Positions 38,378-52,800 of a stretch of DNA of 64,000 bases are shown here, piece after piece; position 1 is the first letter of the stretch; each line of letters starts with the position of its first letter. The position numbers and the translations under genes are program-made. A model generated the notes under the pieces. It did not search any database, was not told the DNA's origin, and saw nothing but the letters and a program-made list of their open reading frames with translations. Source of the stretch: Kondoa subrosea (Eukaryota); NCBI GenBank assembly GCA_039545335.1, contig BCIN01000002.1:2032484-2096483 (forward strand). The letters are read 5' to 3'.

Positions 38378-40084
38378 TCAATGCGCAGGCATTGTCGGTA
38401 TCTTCCAGTAATAGAAAGGACCTGCTTCAGTATTAGATGGACTTAAGAAAAGATGACGTGGAAAAGCTACCTGTCGGGCCATTAAGGGGTTCGATGTAGC
38501 TATATGGAACATTAGCAGACTCTCAGATCATACGATGCAAGACATACTCGCTCCAGAGCCCAAGTATACCATTTGACGAGGGCTGAACCCCATTGAGCAA
38601 CCATCGTTGTGATCCGTCATATTCCACAGCTACCAGCACGAGTCAGTACTGGATCATACTTGAGAGGTGATATCGCTCACTCCATCTCCAAAGGTAATAC
38701 CCTTCCGAAGACATTGATACTTGACCTTGTATTTCTGTGCGGAAGGTGGGGAAGCTTCGGGCAACGCCAGAAGTGCCTTTGAATTTGATTGTAGGGTATT
38801 CTCTCCCGAATGCTGCATTTCTTCGCGATTTGTGATTTTCAACAGCATTTGACTTGCCTCACCAGTTGCTTCTGTGACTTCAGACAGAGTCGGATGTTCT
38901 CTACAAATGATAATTTAGTAAGCAAACATAACAGTCTTTCGTCGAGACGTACGCTATGTCAAACGCATTGAACAGCTCAAATATGCGGAAGTCTGATTAA
39001 AGCAATCAGATGAGGTCATCACGACGAATATGTAACTTACCAACAAAGGAATAACAGCCAGACCATTCTCCCTCTTCTATACCAGCCCAATCCACATGAT
39101 TTCTTGGTACAGGAGGGGAAGGTAATGTTTGGCTGAACCCGCAAGGATGCGCAACAACATCTCTTGGATCTCCCGATTGCATTGATTCGTCCACATCTAC
39201 TACAAATATCAGCTATGAGGATGTCAAAACACATATGAAACTTACTTGAGTACATCAAAACGGCTACACTTCCTAATACCCTCCAGTCTACGCGATCGCT
39301 ACCCTTGAGGAAAGGACCTTTGACTGTCCCATCTCGATCGACATGACTAGCTTTCCTATACACTATCTCTCTAGCTGAAGTTCTCAGCATCCTACGCGAT
39401 TCTTGTGTCGCTGCCATCATTCCTGCAAAGACAATAAGTTTGTACCGGTCGATCAATTCTTGTTGAAAAGGAGCAGTCCGATTGTCGTGTGACCGTAACC
39501 ATTGCTTGACGGGAGTTGCATTTGATCCATTAGACAGATGTACTCCAAGATAATTGGATAGAACAGCAGCATGAGCTGTGAACAATAGCTCCAATCGTAA
39601 AGCCGATATCGAGTCTTCTTCAACTGCCGTTTCGGCTATTCCAACTAAGGCTGATAAGGCGGATCTTCGGATTTCTGGGAAAGCGATTGAATCGTATTTA
39701 GAGTATGCAATGATGTTCTTGAAAGCTTTGGCTCGATGGTTGACCAATGTAGCCCAATCGTGATCTCCAGCGGTCGCTGTGTCCCAGACTCGATCGTGTA
39801 GACGCTTGAAGATGACTGGATCGCGGGCACAGACATAAAGCCGTTCTGTCGACTGTAGTGAGCGATTGTGCGCTGCAGACTTTAGATAAGACTTACTACA
39901 TGTAGCGGAAACGGATTGTATATCGTATGGACTGCAGTGACACTAAGATCAAATGATAGGGCCCGATCAAATCGGCTTACTCTCTGGTTTCGAGCAGGAT
40001 GCTAGCCAACAGCTCATCTGGGAGTTCTAGCAAGGGTGCGGATTCGTCTGCTACGTCTATATGGTGTGCCATTATCGTTGACAT
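38378..40084 (-). CDS. F-box domain protein
   Basis: N-terminal LLELPDELLASILLETR|DPYDIQSVSATC|KRLYVCARDPVIF (F-box). C-terminal RWLLNGVQP..GILGLWS...GPT|GPFYYWK is typical of a fungal F-box family. Confidence 0.75.
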
Positions 40085-40181
40085 GGGTCAAGATCAGGCC
40101 GAAGATGATTACTAAGCGCTGACTGGTTCTGCATTTCCGAACCGATACACTGCTCTGCAGCAGCCGCTATGGTATAATCAT

Positions 40182-40739
40182 TCATCGGACGTCCCTGTGA
40201 TCTGCAGCATCCGTGAACTTGTGTCTTTTGTTTCCTGCGCTGTTAGGAATTTGTAAGCAATGTGGATAACCGCTTCGAATTGAGCAACCTGATGCAGATA
40301 GCTTTATATGATCGACCAACGCTGTAATGATCCCCGTATTATAGTTGGTGTCGGCAAGCCACATCCTTCGCCTAGTATCGATATTTGCCCAAGTGAGCAT
40401 GGTGCAGCCCTGAAGACCGGACGGAAGCGATGTCGGAGCCCGATGTATTTGTAAGGTGGTTAGCTTGAGCCGGCCAGCAGTCACCTGGCATATACCAATT
40501 AGACAGGCTAGACACAAGAAGAATAATGTAACGTACGCCCCGCTGAATGTAATGATAAGGTGAGCGATCGTAATCCCAAAGAATTTCAGGTTCAGATCCC
40601 GGTGCTACGTTTTCGATCGGAACATTCTTCATCCATAGCATTAAGTCCGTTGCCTCTAGCTACACAGCGCAGATGAAGCTCGAAGTGCAAGCATTGTCAA
40701 TGTACATACACAAGAAATACTTGCTTGACCAGTAGCCAT
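40182..40739 (-). CDS. Small hypothetical spliced protein (orphan)
   Basis: MATGQASISC|LEATDLMLWMKNVP...YIQRG|VTAGRLKLTTLQ... Two canonical introns (gtatgt..tag and gtacgt..cag) join ORFs 40372-40641 and 40182-40517 in frame. Confidence 0.45.
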
Positions 40740-40949
40740 ATAGTAGACTCGTTGTACAGGTCCAAGAGTTATATAGTTTTCAGTCCCAAGCTGAAGAACA
40801 TGCTATAACTAGATTGAAAGAAGAAAAGAATAAAGAAGAAAGATACGCTCTCATGTGCAGAAGGCAAGAACCGCAATAATACCGCACAACATCAGACGAA
40901 AGGGATAGATAAGAGAAAGGCAAAGGACAGCTCCGGACATGAGAATACA

Positions 40950-42146
40950 TTAACCTTCCATAGTCGCATCGCCTGCTGAAGGAGGCAGAGTAGTAGAAGG
41001 ACCAGCGTTCATACTCGCCTGTTGTTCTCTTGTCGCTTGTAGCCTGTCAGTTTTGGGAGGGTGGGTTACTACCAGCCAAAGCTAAAGTCAAACAATCCTC
41101 CACTGACCTGTTCTTCTTTCTCTCCGCTTCCGCTTCTTTCTCAACCTCAATCTCCTTTACTACTTCCTCAATCTCCGCCAGAGTCAAATTCCTTACTTTC
41201 CCAAACCCTTCAACAATAGCCAAATCAATGTTCTTTGCTCCAGTTTGGACGACTTCCAACAAAGATTTGATAGTAAGCTTGATGGTCTCTTTCGTGTCCA
41301 TATCCGCTTTCCAACTCTTTTCTAGGAATTCTCGAACCGTTTTCGAACTTCTTCCAATAGCGTTTGCCTGTCAGACACACTTGGCTTTCGAATCATGGAA
41401 TATGATTCGAAAGACAACGACTGACCTTCCAAGCGGAAAAGATTCCACTAGGTTCAGTCATGTACAATTTAGGGTTGCCAGGTTCGCTTTCATCGAAACC
41501 AATAATCAAAGTAGAAATCCCAAATGGTCTCACACCGCCTGATTGAGTGTATTTCTGTTGAATACCAGCAATATGTCTTGTAATGTATTCCACTGTAGCT
41601 GTTCCTGCTGTAAGTCTATGCGATTGACATTCAATTCTTGCTTTATCGATAAGGATTCTAGCGTCTGCCGTAAGACCTGTACATCACCGCCACACAGCAT
41701 CAGTACCAGACTGATAGTAGTGGATGGGCCGCACCAGCAAAAGCTAAACAAACATGTTCATCCAGCATAGCTACTTTCCTAACTGTTCTAGGATCTTGTA
41801 ATTGCAAAGCAGTCTTCTTTTCTACTCCAAGTACTACTACATCTTTACCTCTCACACCGACCTGTTTCACATAATCACACGCGTGCGTAAGAACAAGAGG
41901 TGACGAATTATGCCAGGAAGGGATTGATTTACAGCACAGGTTCCTTTGCGGACGGCTTCGAGAGCGTATTCGACCTGTCATTACACATCATCAACACAGC
42001 AAACAGCTGAGTGTCGAAAGAGTACTGACTTGAAAGAGATGTCCATCTGGAGACTGTGCATTTCTCGGTAGCATGAGCTGAGAGAACAGCAACGCTATGC
42101 ATCAACGCACGAAGACTGTAAGGGCTCTGTCGTACGAGCGGGACAT
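40950..42146 (-). CDS. PRE6: 20S proteasome subunit alpha-4 (PSMA7)
   Basis: [39 protein letters not shown]...[18 protein letters not shown]...[13 protein letters not shown]. Confidence 0.97.
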
Positions 42147-42204
42147 GATTGAGGTTGAATGAGATCAAAGAGTCGTAAGCTCGAGTTATACGGGGTTACT
42201 CGCC

Positions 42205-42225
42205 ACCCTTACAATTTGTAAGGGT
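42205..42225. promoter_or_regulatory. Perfect 10-bp-arm palindrome in the PRE6/VPS4 divergent promoter
   Basis: acccttacaa-t-ttgtaagggt. A regulatory function is inferred only from its position. Confidence 0.45.
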
Positions 42226-42449
42226 TTCTTAGGCGTTTGTTGATCTGAAACCCTATCTTGGACTTTCCCTGTTCTGTGCTTCGTCTGCAGGTTATATACC
42301 TCTCAGCTACTCTCGCACTATCTCCAGCGCACCATATATTGCTCTTGCGCTGCCAGGTCTCGCAGCCTTAAGTAGTGTCATTCGTTTCTCTGAGGTCCTA
42401 TCTTGCCTTCCCTATCAGCCTTCGCTCGACCTAGCTCTCACAGTCCGTC

Positions 42450-44118
<1,669 letters not shown>

Positions 44119-44246
44119 AGGCTTCAGTGTTGTAGTATGTAGTTTGTATCCATAAAGCATCATCCACACGCCTTTGTTGCTAGCACGTCCGAATGTCCAT
44201 TCCAGTTGACTCTAGGTTGCTCCCAAACCATTCCTCATACATTATC

Positions 44247-46510
44247 ATGGCTACCCTAGGACTCGGACGTAAGAGCAGTGTTAGACGTACTGCGAGCAAT
44301 GTCAACCTTGTGAGCCCTTCCTACTCACGCTTGACACAAATTTCTCAATTTCCGGTCTTTCAAACAGGATCTGGGTGAATGAGGCTCCGCTATATCGCTC
44401 TAGACGCGTAGCTGACTGGGATGAACAGCCGATCTGGACTTACCTGCACCTAGCAGGGTCAGCGAAGCGAGCAAATCTCAAGAACACAAACGAGTCAATT
44501 CCGATTTATCTGATATCAAGATTGAGGGCGATGCACCACCTACGTTGACTACAGTAGCTGACGATGGTAAAGATGATGTTGAGGCAAGAGATGCTTTGCA
44601 GGAAGCCATTTCTGGTTTGGCTTTGGCGGATCCTGAGAAATACATCAGGGCAAACATGAGGGCTGACGGCGCGAAAACACCAGAGCCAACGTGCGTGATC
44701 ATTGCGCTCTAGATAAGTCACAACTTATCTTGTCCCGCTTCGAATCTGCACAGTATGCGATCTGAAGCAAAGGATGTCATCTCCCCTCCTGCTTCTCCTG
44801 CAGCAAGCAGAATCATGAGAAAACCTTTGGCCGAAGACAAGACTGCTACTTCCACTTCTTCAGCGGCTTCCATTCCTTCTTCTGCCGTTCAAACTGGAGA
44901 ACAAGTCATTACCCCTTGGGATGTAGAAGGAGCTACAGTAGATGGGAAGCAGGCAAGTTCTTGATTTAGGGGCTACCTCTATCTTCTTTGTTTGCTAGAG
45001 AAAAGAATATGTGTTAATGTATCATTCTTTTTTTTGCTGTTAGGTTGCTATCGATTACGAAAAACTTGTTGTCAAATTTGGTACCAGATTCATTGATGCT
45101 GCTTTGCTTGAACGATTTGAGAAAGTGACTGGAAGGAAACCTCATTTGCTGCTCAGGAGAGGGATCTTCTATTCGCATCGGTCCGTCATTTTCTGGGTTG
45201 AGCCTGCAAGCAAGCTGAATATGCATGGCAGGGAACTGGATCGTATTCTGGACCTACATGAGAAAGGCAAACCGTTCTATCTCTATACCGGAAGAGGACC
45301 AAGTAGCGACAGTCTGCATCTGGGTCATATGCTGCCTTTCACATTTACCGCGTGCGTACATAGGCGAGCTGTGCTGATTACCAGCTTATTCGGTTGTTGT
45401 ATTGCACAGTTGGTTACAAGACGTCTTCGACTGCCCGCTTGTTGTGCAATTGACTGGTCAGTCCCGGCTTGTGATTGCCCTCAAGTAAATCTGACCTGTT
45501 TGAAGATGACGAGAAGTTCCTCTTCAAGCTTCAATTGACCGTCGATCAAGTCCATCAATTCTCTTTCGATACAGCAAGGCAGATCATCGCATGTGGTTTC
45601 AAACCAGAAAAGACTTTCATTTTCAGCAACATCGATTACATGGGGTACGTCTCTCGCAGTGACTTTGGCTTGGCTTGCAGCTGACTCGGGTTTCAGAGGC
45701 GCTTTCTACAAGAACGTACTCAAAATCGCTCGTGGCATCCCATACAATCAAAGCAAAGCAACCTTCGGTTTCAACGATAGCGACAACATTGGCAAAAGTC
45801 ATTTCGTTGCCATTCAAGCTGCACCTTGTTTCTCTAGCTCTTTCTCACAAATCTTTGGAACAAAAGGCGATGTGCCTTGCTTGATCCCATGCGCGATAGA
45901 TCAGGTCAGTCGGACTTTTCAAATCTCATTTGCTTGAGTTCGAAAACTTCCGATACGACAGGACGCTTACTTCCGACTGACAAGAGATGTAGCTCAAAAG
46001 CTCAAGTTCCCAAAACCAGCTTTGATGCATTCAAAATTCTTTCCCTCTTTATTAGGTCCCCAAGGGAAAATGTCTGCTTCAAACACTGAATCGTCCATCT
46101 TCATGTCCGACACACCTAACCAGATCAAAAAGAAGATCAACACTCACGCTTTTTCAGGAGGTCAAGAAACTGCTGAGGAACAAAGAAGGTTAGGTGGGAA
46201 CCCAGATGTGGACGTTTCTTTCAATTACCTCAAACATTTCTTGGAGGATGATGAACAATTGAAACAAATTGAAGAGGATTACAGAAGTGGGAAAATGTTG
46301 ACTGGCGAACTCAAGAAACTGTGTATTGAGGTCCTGCAGAAGTTTGTTGCCGAATTCCAAGCAGTAAGTGAAATCTCTCTTTTTTCGTGGGAACGTCACT
46401 GATTAATATCATAGAGCAAGGCAAAAGTGTCAGACGAAGTTGTTCGATCATACATGGATGCAACTAGGAAGATAGATCCAACAAAATCTAGCGCAAGTGG
46501 TTCTTCATAA
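44247..46510 (+). CDS. WRS1: Cytosolic-type tryptophanyl-tRNA synthetase with a long N-terminal extension
   Basis: [26 protein letters not shown] (HIGH), [20 protein letters not shown] (KMSKS) and [13 protein letters not shown]. Confidence 0.96.
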
Positions 46511-46657
46511 CAGATTTCATCATTAGATTTCGTTAAGACTGCATTTAATTACTTCAAGAGCTATACAAATCATTTGTTATTAAAGGTGCATCCGTGAAAA
46601 CGACTTTATAAATAGGATGGATTAGAAGAGGCGTTTTGCAAACTTTGAGAGGAAGAT

Positions 46658-48160
46658 TTAGTTGCTGATAAGAGGCGCTCTTTCGTCGTCGGAAATGACG
46701 GAAGAATCTTTGCGGAATTGAGTGGCGAGTGCTTTGAGGACTGACAAAGCAGAAACGATAGCTGCTCCCAAGGCGCTGCAACAAATGTCAAGCTTGAGAC
46801 GAATGTTGTATGAATCGACTACTTACAACCAGTGAATGAGGGCAGGGTGCCTGTAACAGGAAATTAGCGATAGTCGAGACAGGCTGTGGTGAGCTGGCGT
46901 ACCTGTGTTCTGAGAAAACACCAAACAGACCAAAGCAGATCACTGCTGCGCCTGCTACATCTCCTTGTGCGCCGTTAAAGGCGTATCCAATTGAAGTAGA
47001 CGATAGGAATGCAAGAGCGACTTCGTCTTGTGATTAGCAAAACTCTACCATATTTGAGCGCGGCACATACTGCAAACGCTGTGAATAGCCAACAATCAGA
47101 ATTTCCGCACGGAAGTCTGACGTTCGCTACTCACAATACATCAGTGAAGATCCCAGCGTGCTTGGTAGTGCTCTTTCCGAAAGCAGCGAATCCAGAAATG
47201 AACAAAAGCAAAACGCTGAACGCATGCCATAAAGAGAATGGCAGATGGACGAAGAGCTTGGTAGTGACGGCGTTGCTGGAGATGTTCTTCAGGTCGCTGT
47301 CAAGTATCAAGACATTTCCTTCAGCACCAGCAGTTGCATGAGGAGATGCTTGACTGACTAGTAGACATGGCTGATTACAAGAGCCAAGAAGATGGAAGTG
47401 ACGAAGGCCAGAATATCTATCAATCATTGCTCAGCGACGAACAAGGCCCAAAAGAAGGAAGACCTACAGTGACCGTTCGAGAAGAACCAAACGAAGATAG
47501 CGTTCAGAAGTGCGACTCCGGAGAAACGATATCCGATATGGTTGATAATTGGGCTATAGCCAGCTATTATCGTCTTTCAGCTCAGCCTTGACCAGAGGGT
47601 CGCTAGAAACGAACCTTCGAAGAACTAATCCGCCAAGGGAAATCAGCCAAATTCTAAGTAATAGAGCAGATGATGAGACATACTTGCAGGATAACATAAC
47701 CAAGCAGCAAAGCATTGATCAGAGTCCACTATAACGAAGGGCGTCTCAGCTTCCGCTCCCGACTGGAAAACCACGTCATGCGCAAAACTCACAACATAGA
47801 AGCTGTACAAGTCAAAGATGAGTCTCATACAATGCGTTCTGTACGGAAGAACCTACGTGTAAGATGCGGGCGTAATGTATGTTTCCTTGTGACCAGCAAT
47901 GCCTTCAACGGAAGAGTCTTTACCATGGATCAGCAGCTTCTTCCACCGCTTCTAACAGAGGACATACAGGTCTATCGAAAAGATCAGATTAGATCAGACT
48001 GACAGGCAGCCATTGAACAGCAGGAGCTACATTGGAACCAAAGAGGAAGACATAAGTCAAGATGTTGACTAGCTTTAAAGCGAGGTTATCAGTCCAGGCT
48101 GTGGTATCCTTCCCGCTGAGCATATATAGAATGCTACGAAGACGGATGCTCACCAGCCAT
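46658..48160 (-). CDS. Conserved fungal multi-pass membrane protein (uncharacterised; DUF1774-like by recollection)
   Basis: MA|AWTDNLALKLVNILTYVFLFGSNV...TYITPA...LFVHLPFSLWHAFSVLL...DDERAPLISN*, with several hydrophobic exons. Confidence 0.7.
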
Positions 48161-48396
48161 TTGAGATGTTTGTAGAAAGACAAGAAGCGACTTTCGAAAA
48201 TCATGAAGCAAGTGATGATGGCACAGAACATAAATAGCGATGAATACTACTCAGAATTGATATACTACAACAACAACAAATGACAACCCTATCTTGCAAT
48301 TCACCAAGAAACTTTCAACTCTTCCTCTTCGCTCTCTCAACAAACGGCATCCCTTGTTCTTTCGCTCTCTCTCTCAATCCTTCACCTTCTGAATTA

Positions 48397-48960
48397 TCAG
48401 AATGCCCAATCATCTCCAGCTGAACCATAGATAGAAGAAACGGCCTTCTCCTTCCTTGCATTCAATTTCGAATTGATAGGGTTCATAGAAGATGGTTCTG
48501 GTACGTCCAACAATCCACTTCCCCAGCGATGATTTTCTACTTGAGTAGGTCTAGAAGTCCTTAATGGTGCTCTTGAGAAAGAAGAACAATCTGATAAAAC
48601 TGGTACGAAATTTGAAGGTGATGCTGTTGAAGAAGAAGAAGAGGTGTTTGATGTTGAAGAGGAAGAAGAGTTGAGTGAAAAAGGGTTGGATTCGGTACTG
48701 TTTATTGATGAAGCTGAAGAAAAGTTTCCTGTATACACATTTGATTTGTTATGAATAACGGTTGAATAGAAGGAATGTTTAATGGGAAAAAAAAACTTAC
48801 GCGAATTGAAAGCAGGCCGCGATGGAGATTGAGTTGGCATTTTATGTCTTCTTAGTTCTGCTGAAGACGCATGTTTACGTGGTGTTCCAGCTGGAGTCTT
48901 TGATTTGGAAGGAATTGGATGAGAAATTGGAATAATAGGTGCAGAGGATGAATTGCCCAT
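48397..48960 (-). CDS. Small Ser-rich hypothetical protein with an N-myristoylation-like start
   Basis: The ORF starts MGNSSS, contains a probable in-frame 72-nt intron (48729-48800) and ends SIYGSAGDDWAF*. The upstream leader is pyrimidine-rich. Confidence 0.65.
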   Translation of the reverse strand: MGNSSSAPIIPISHPIPSKSKTPAGTPRKHASSAELRRHKMPTQSPSRPAFNSRKFFFPIKHSFYSTVIHNKSNVYTGNFSSASSINSTESNPFSLNSSSSSTSNTSSSSSTASPSNFVPVLSDCSSFSRAPLRTSRPTQVENHRWGSGLLDVPEPSSMNPINSKLNARKEKAVSSIYGSAGDDWAF

Positions 48961-49882
48961 GATTGGCTTAGGTGTTCTTGGTTATATTGAGTTTATGCTT
49001 GGGTTTTGTTCTTGGACAATTGATGAATGGGAGCGGAAGAAGAAGCGGAAGCAAGGCGAGAGAAAACAAATAACATCAAAACATCAAGTCGCGCTTAAAC
49101 GGTCAACGGCAATGGAAATGGACCGAGGCGTCTATATAATGCTAAAATTGACCCGAGGCAATGCATGAGACCGCGTGTAGCAAGTAGTAGAACGTGTAAG
49201 GATAGCCACACGCAATGGTAAAGATCAGTCGTTGAGATACCGACCGATTTCTCGACGTTTCTCTTGAAAGTTTGAAAGGGAAGAGCAGTTCAGCTCTTGG
49301 ATTGCATTGCAGATATCACAAGGCATTGCTGAGATATTCAGGAAGCACACTGCGCGACTTCTGGCCAATGGCAAATTTATCTGCTAATTAATGCTGACGT
49401 GATGCGCGGTAATGGTAGGCCGCGATAACCAATCCATAAGAGAGCAACGAAATATAGCAACGTAGTCCAAAGCGTATCCAAAGCGTATATTGAAGCCTAG
49501 TGAACAATCTTAGGATAAGAGCACAAGACTAAACAATTCCAAAGAAAAGAGGAAGCCGCAAGGATATTTGGAATTCTTTGGCCTCGCAAGGCCTGCCCAT
49601 CCTGATGGACTGTAGAGGAGTGAACTAAGAATTCAATGACGAGCTCGTGAGCACTGCCCTCTCGAGAAGAGAGGTGCGAGCGGCTCGAAAGTAAGGTCGC
49701 GGCGTTTCTGTTGACGTCTTTTCAGTCTGGGCTTAACTTTCTTGCTCACCTTGTTTCCTCACAGTCAAATCAGCGTGAAGAGTCTTGCTCAGGTCAACGC
49801 TTGTCTTCTAGTCTAATCGGCTGCTTGCGCGACGATCCTCGCTCTGATCACTTGATCCTGATCAACGCCAAAGAAGCACAAC

Positions 49883-52800
49883 ATGTCTGCAGGTATGCTA
49901 GGAGTTTCCTCGAACGCAATCCTGTGTGCTCATAGGACACCACAGCCAACGATAATGTATCTGCGGGCTCTACCAGTGAGTACTTTAGCAGCTGTCAAAT
50001 CTACATTTCTAATGGAAAGCGCAGGCACCTTCATCACGGCGTAAGTCTCAGGAGAGTAGCTTGAATAAGCAGCGTCTGACTGCTGTGGACATCTAGGCTG
50101 GTTACATCTCTTATCATCTTTGGAGCATGTATGTAAAAAGCCTCAGCAGTAGTATTTTTTTGTGTTTGCTCAAAACCTCGCTTGTTATAGTGATGCTGGG
50201 TTTCCTTCTCTTCTTCAAGAAGCAAAAGAAAGTCTATCAACCTCGAAGCTATCTCGTTCCAGAAAAAGGTCGTTCCCCAGAACTGCCACATTCTATAGTG
50301 GGATGGTGGAAAACAGTGATGGCTACACCGCTGGACACGATCATTAGAACCAACGGCTTTGATTCGTATACTTTTGTTCGCTTCGTTCTCTTGCTGGTCA
50401 AAATCTGTCAGTATCTCTCTCTCACAAATGAGTTCATGCCTAACGCGTCATTCAGTCGTCCCTTATTTCTTCCTGACATGGATACTTTTGATGCCATTGG
50501 CTGCTGTCAGACCTAACGCTGGCCAAAAGCAACTCAATATGTTTACGTTTGGCAACGTCGGCAAAACAGTCCAATCTCGTTATGGTGGATATATTGTCGC
50601 TCTCTGGCTCTTGACTCTCTGGACTCTTTGGTGCATCTATACTGAAGTCCTACACTTTATCGCCGCTCGTCATTCTTTCCTATCTTCACCTCAACATGCA
50701 TCTTTGGTCCGAAGTCGAACTGTCTTGTGCTCCCAGTTGAAAGAAGATCTCATGTCTGAAAAAGCTATCAGAGAATTATGTTCACCCGCAACAGTGGAAC
50801 AAGTCTTTTTGGTCAGAAATGTCAAGGATATTGATGATGTTTATGATGAACGAGAGAAGTCTTGCACAAAGTTAGAAAAAGCTGAGGGCAAATTGCTCAA
50901 GTTGGCTACTAATAACATCAAGAAGGGTAAAGCTGCTGCTCCTTCAGCTGATAGTAAGTGATGGCTTATTGTAAACTGTATTTTCATTCTCACAATGTGC
51001 TGTCAACAGAAAAGAACCTCGAAGGTGGTGATTTGTCGCTCATCAACAGTATCGTACCAATCAAAAAGCGTCCTACCGAAAGATTGGGCAAAATTCCCTT
51101 CATTGGCAAGAAGGTCGATACCATTGAATACGAAACTCAACATATTAGAGAACAGACCGAAACGCTTGAAAAGATGAGAGCTAAATGGAATGAGAAGGAA
51201 CTTGCTAGTACCGCAATCATTCGATTCGGTTCGCAAGCGGAAGCCATCACCTTTGTTCAGAATCGATCAAAGGAAATGAAGAAGAAGATTCCTATGATTT
51301 ATGGTGATGTTGCTCCAGAAGCAATCTACTGGTTAGTCAGAGTACTGGTAAGACGAATACTCGCTGAGACGGATTATGACATTAGGCCAAACTTGGGTGT
51401 CAAGCGACCGGCTTACTTTGGACGCAAGATCATCGCCTGGTCCTTGACAATTGCTCTAATCATCTTGTGAGCTTTTACATTCGAGAAAGATGCTCATGAA
51501 CTAATATCATATTTAGCTGGGCTCCTCTGGTTGCTCTGGGTTAGTCTAAAAACGCTTTTGCTTGTCTCTCTCGCTGATGTAGCGCACAGCTGGTGCCGTT
51601 GCAAATTTGAAGACGTAAGTCGCCATGATGTCCGCTCTACATTGCTAATCTTGTGTGTTTCCTTAGATTGACCAATGTTGCACCTTTCCTATCATGGGTT
51701 AACGATCTGCCATCTGTTGTATTGGGTATTATTCAAGGTCTCCTGCCACCTCGTCAGTCCTCTCCCTTCGAATTTGCAGACATTTTTACCAATGTCTTAA
51801 TCGTGATATAGTCGTTGTTGCAATTCTTTTCATCCTTCTACCCCCGGTTCTTGGCCTCTTCTCTAAGATTCAGGGTATTCCGCTTACTACGCATATTCAC
51901 CTCTCGGTCTTCAAGCGTTATTGGCTGTTCGTGATCATCAATGGATTCCTAGTAATCACAGGTCAGTAAAGGGTTCTCGTCCGTCATTCGGAATGCTAAT
52001 TGAAATTTCTTGTGAATCGCAGCTGCGAGTGTCAGTCAAGAGTCCTCGTCAGCAATTCGGACCATAACTGATATTTCTCATGTTTAGGGTTTGGCTCCAG
52101 CTCTTTCTCAGATCTTCAGCGAGCCAGGAGGAGCTACCAATATCCCTGCCACGCTCGCTACGCAGCTTCCATCGGCTAGTATCTACTTCTTGACTTTCGG
52201 TAAGTCATGTTTCCTCAGACATGAAATACCTGCTCATGCTAGACGTTTCACCCTAGTCATCACAAGTGGTCTATCCATCGCCGGAAAGCAGCTGTCGCAA
52301 ACTATTTCAGTTGTAGTATTCAAGATCAAGACTTTGCTCGGTGTTTCTACTCCACGACAAGCGTTCCAGCTCGAATACAATTTGGCCAACACTCCTTATC
52401 TCAAAGTCTGGCCTGATGTCTCTCTTCTGGCTGTACTTGGCATTGTCTACAGTTGCATTCAGCCTGTAATTACCTTGCTTTGCCTTGTGAGCCTTACTTG
52501 ATTGTGTCCAAGGCAAGAGCTCATTCAGCGTATCACAGGTCGTCTTCTGCTTGTATTACGTTGCTTTCAAATACATGTTTGTATACGTCTACGATCAAGT
52601 GCGCTCTTTGCTCGCATCATTTTGCGATTTCAGCTGATTATTATTTGTAGCCTGATGCAGACGAGACTTGCGGTCTTTACTGGCCTCGAGCCATCAACCA
52701 TCTCTTCGTTGGCCTGTACATTCAACATATCCTTCTGGCGGCCTTGTTGTAAGTTATCTTGCTGGTCTCACTCTCCATCTCTTGGCTTATAATTCGATGC

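Noticed and set aside
44953..45043. Longer-than-usual introns (this one at 91 nt; ELL-like intron 1 at about 92 nt) as snoRNA hosts
   Set aside because: I found no convincing C/D box pair or H/ACA structure by eye. An Rfam scan would be needed.
49110..49500. Repeated gacc(c)gaggc and aaagcgtat words in the OSCA divergent promoter
   Set aside because: Each is short and present in only two copies, so it cannot be separated from chance or slippage.
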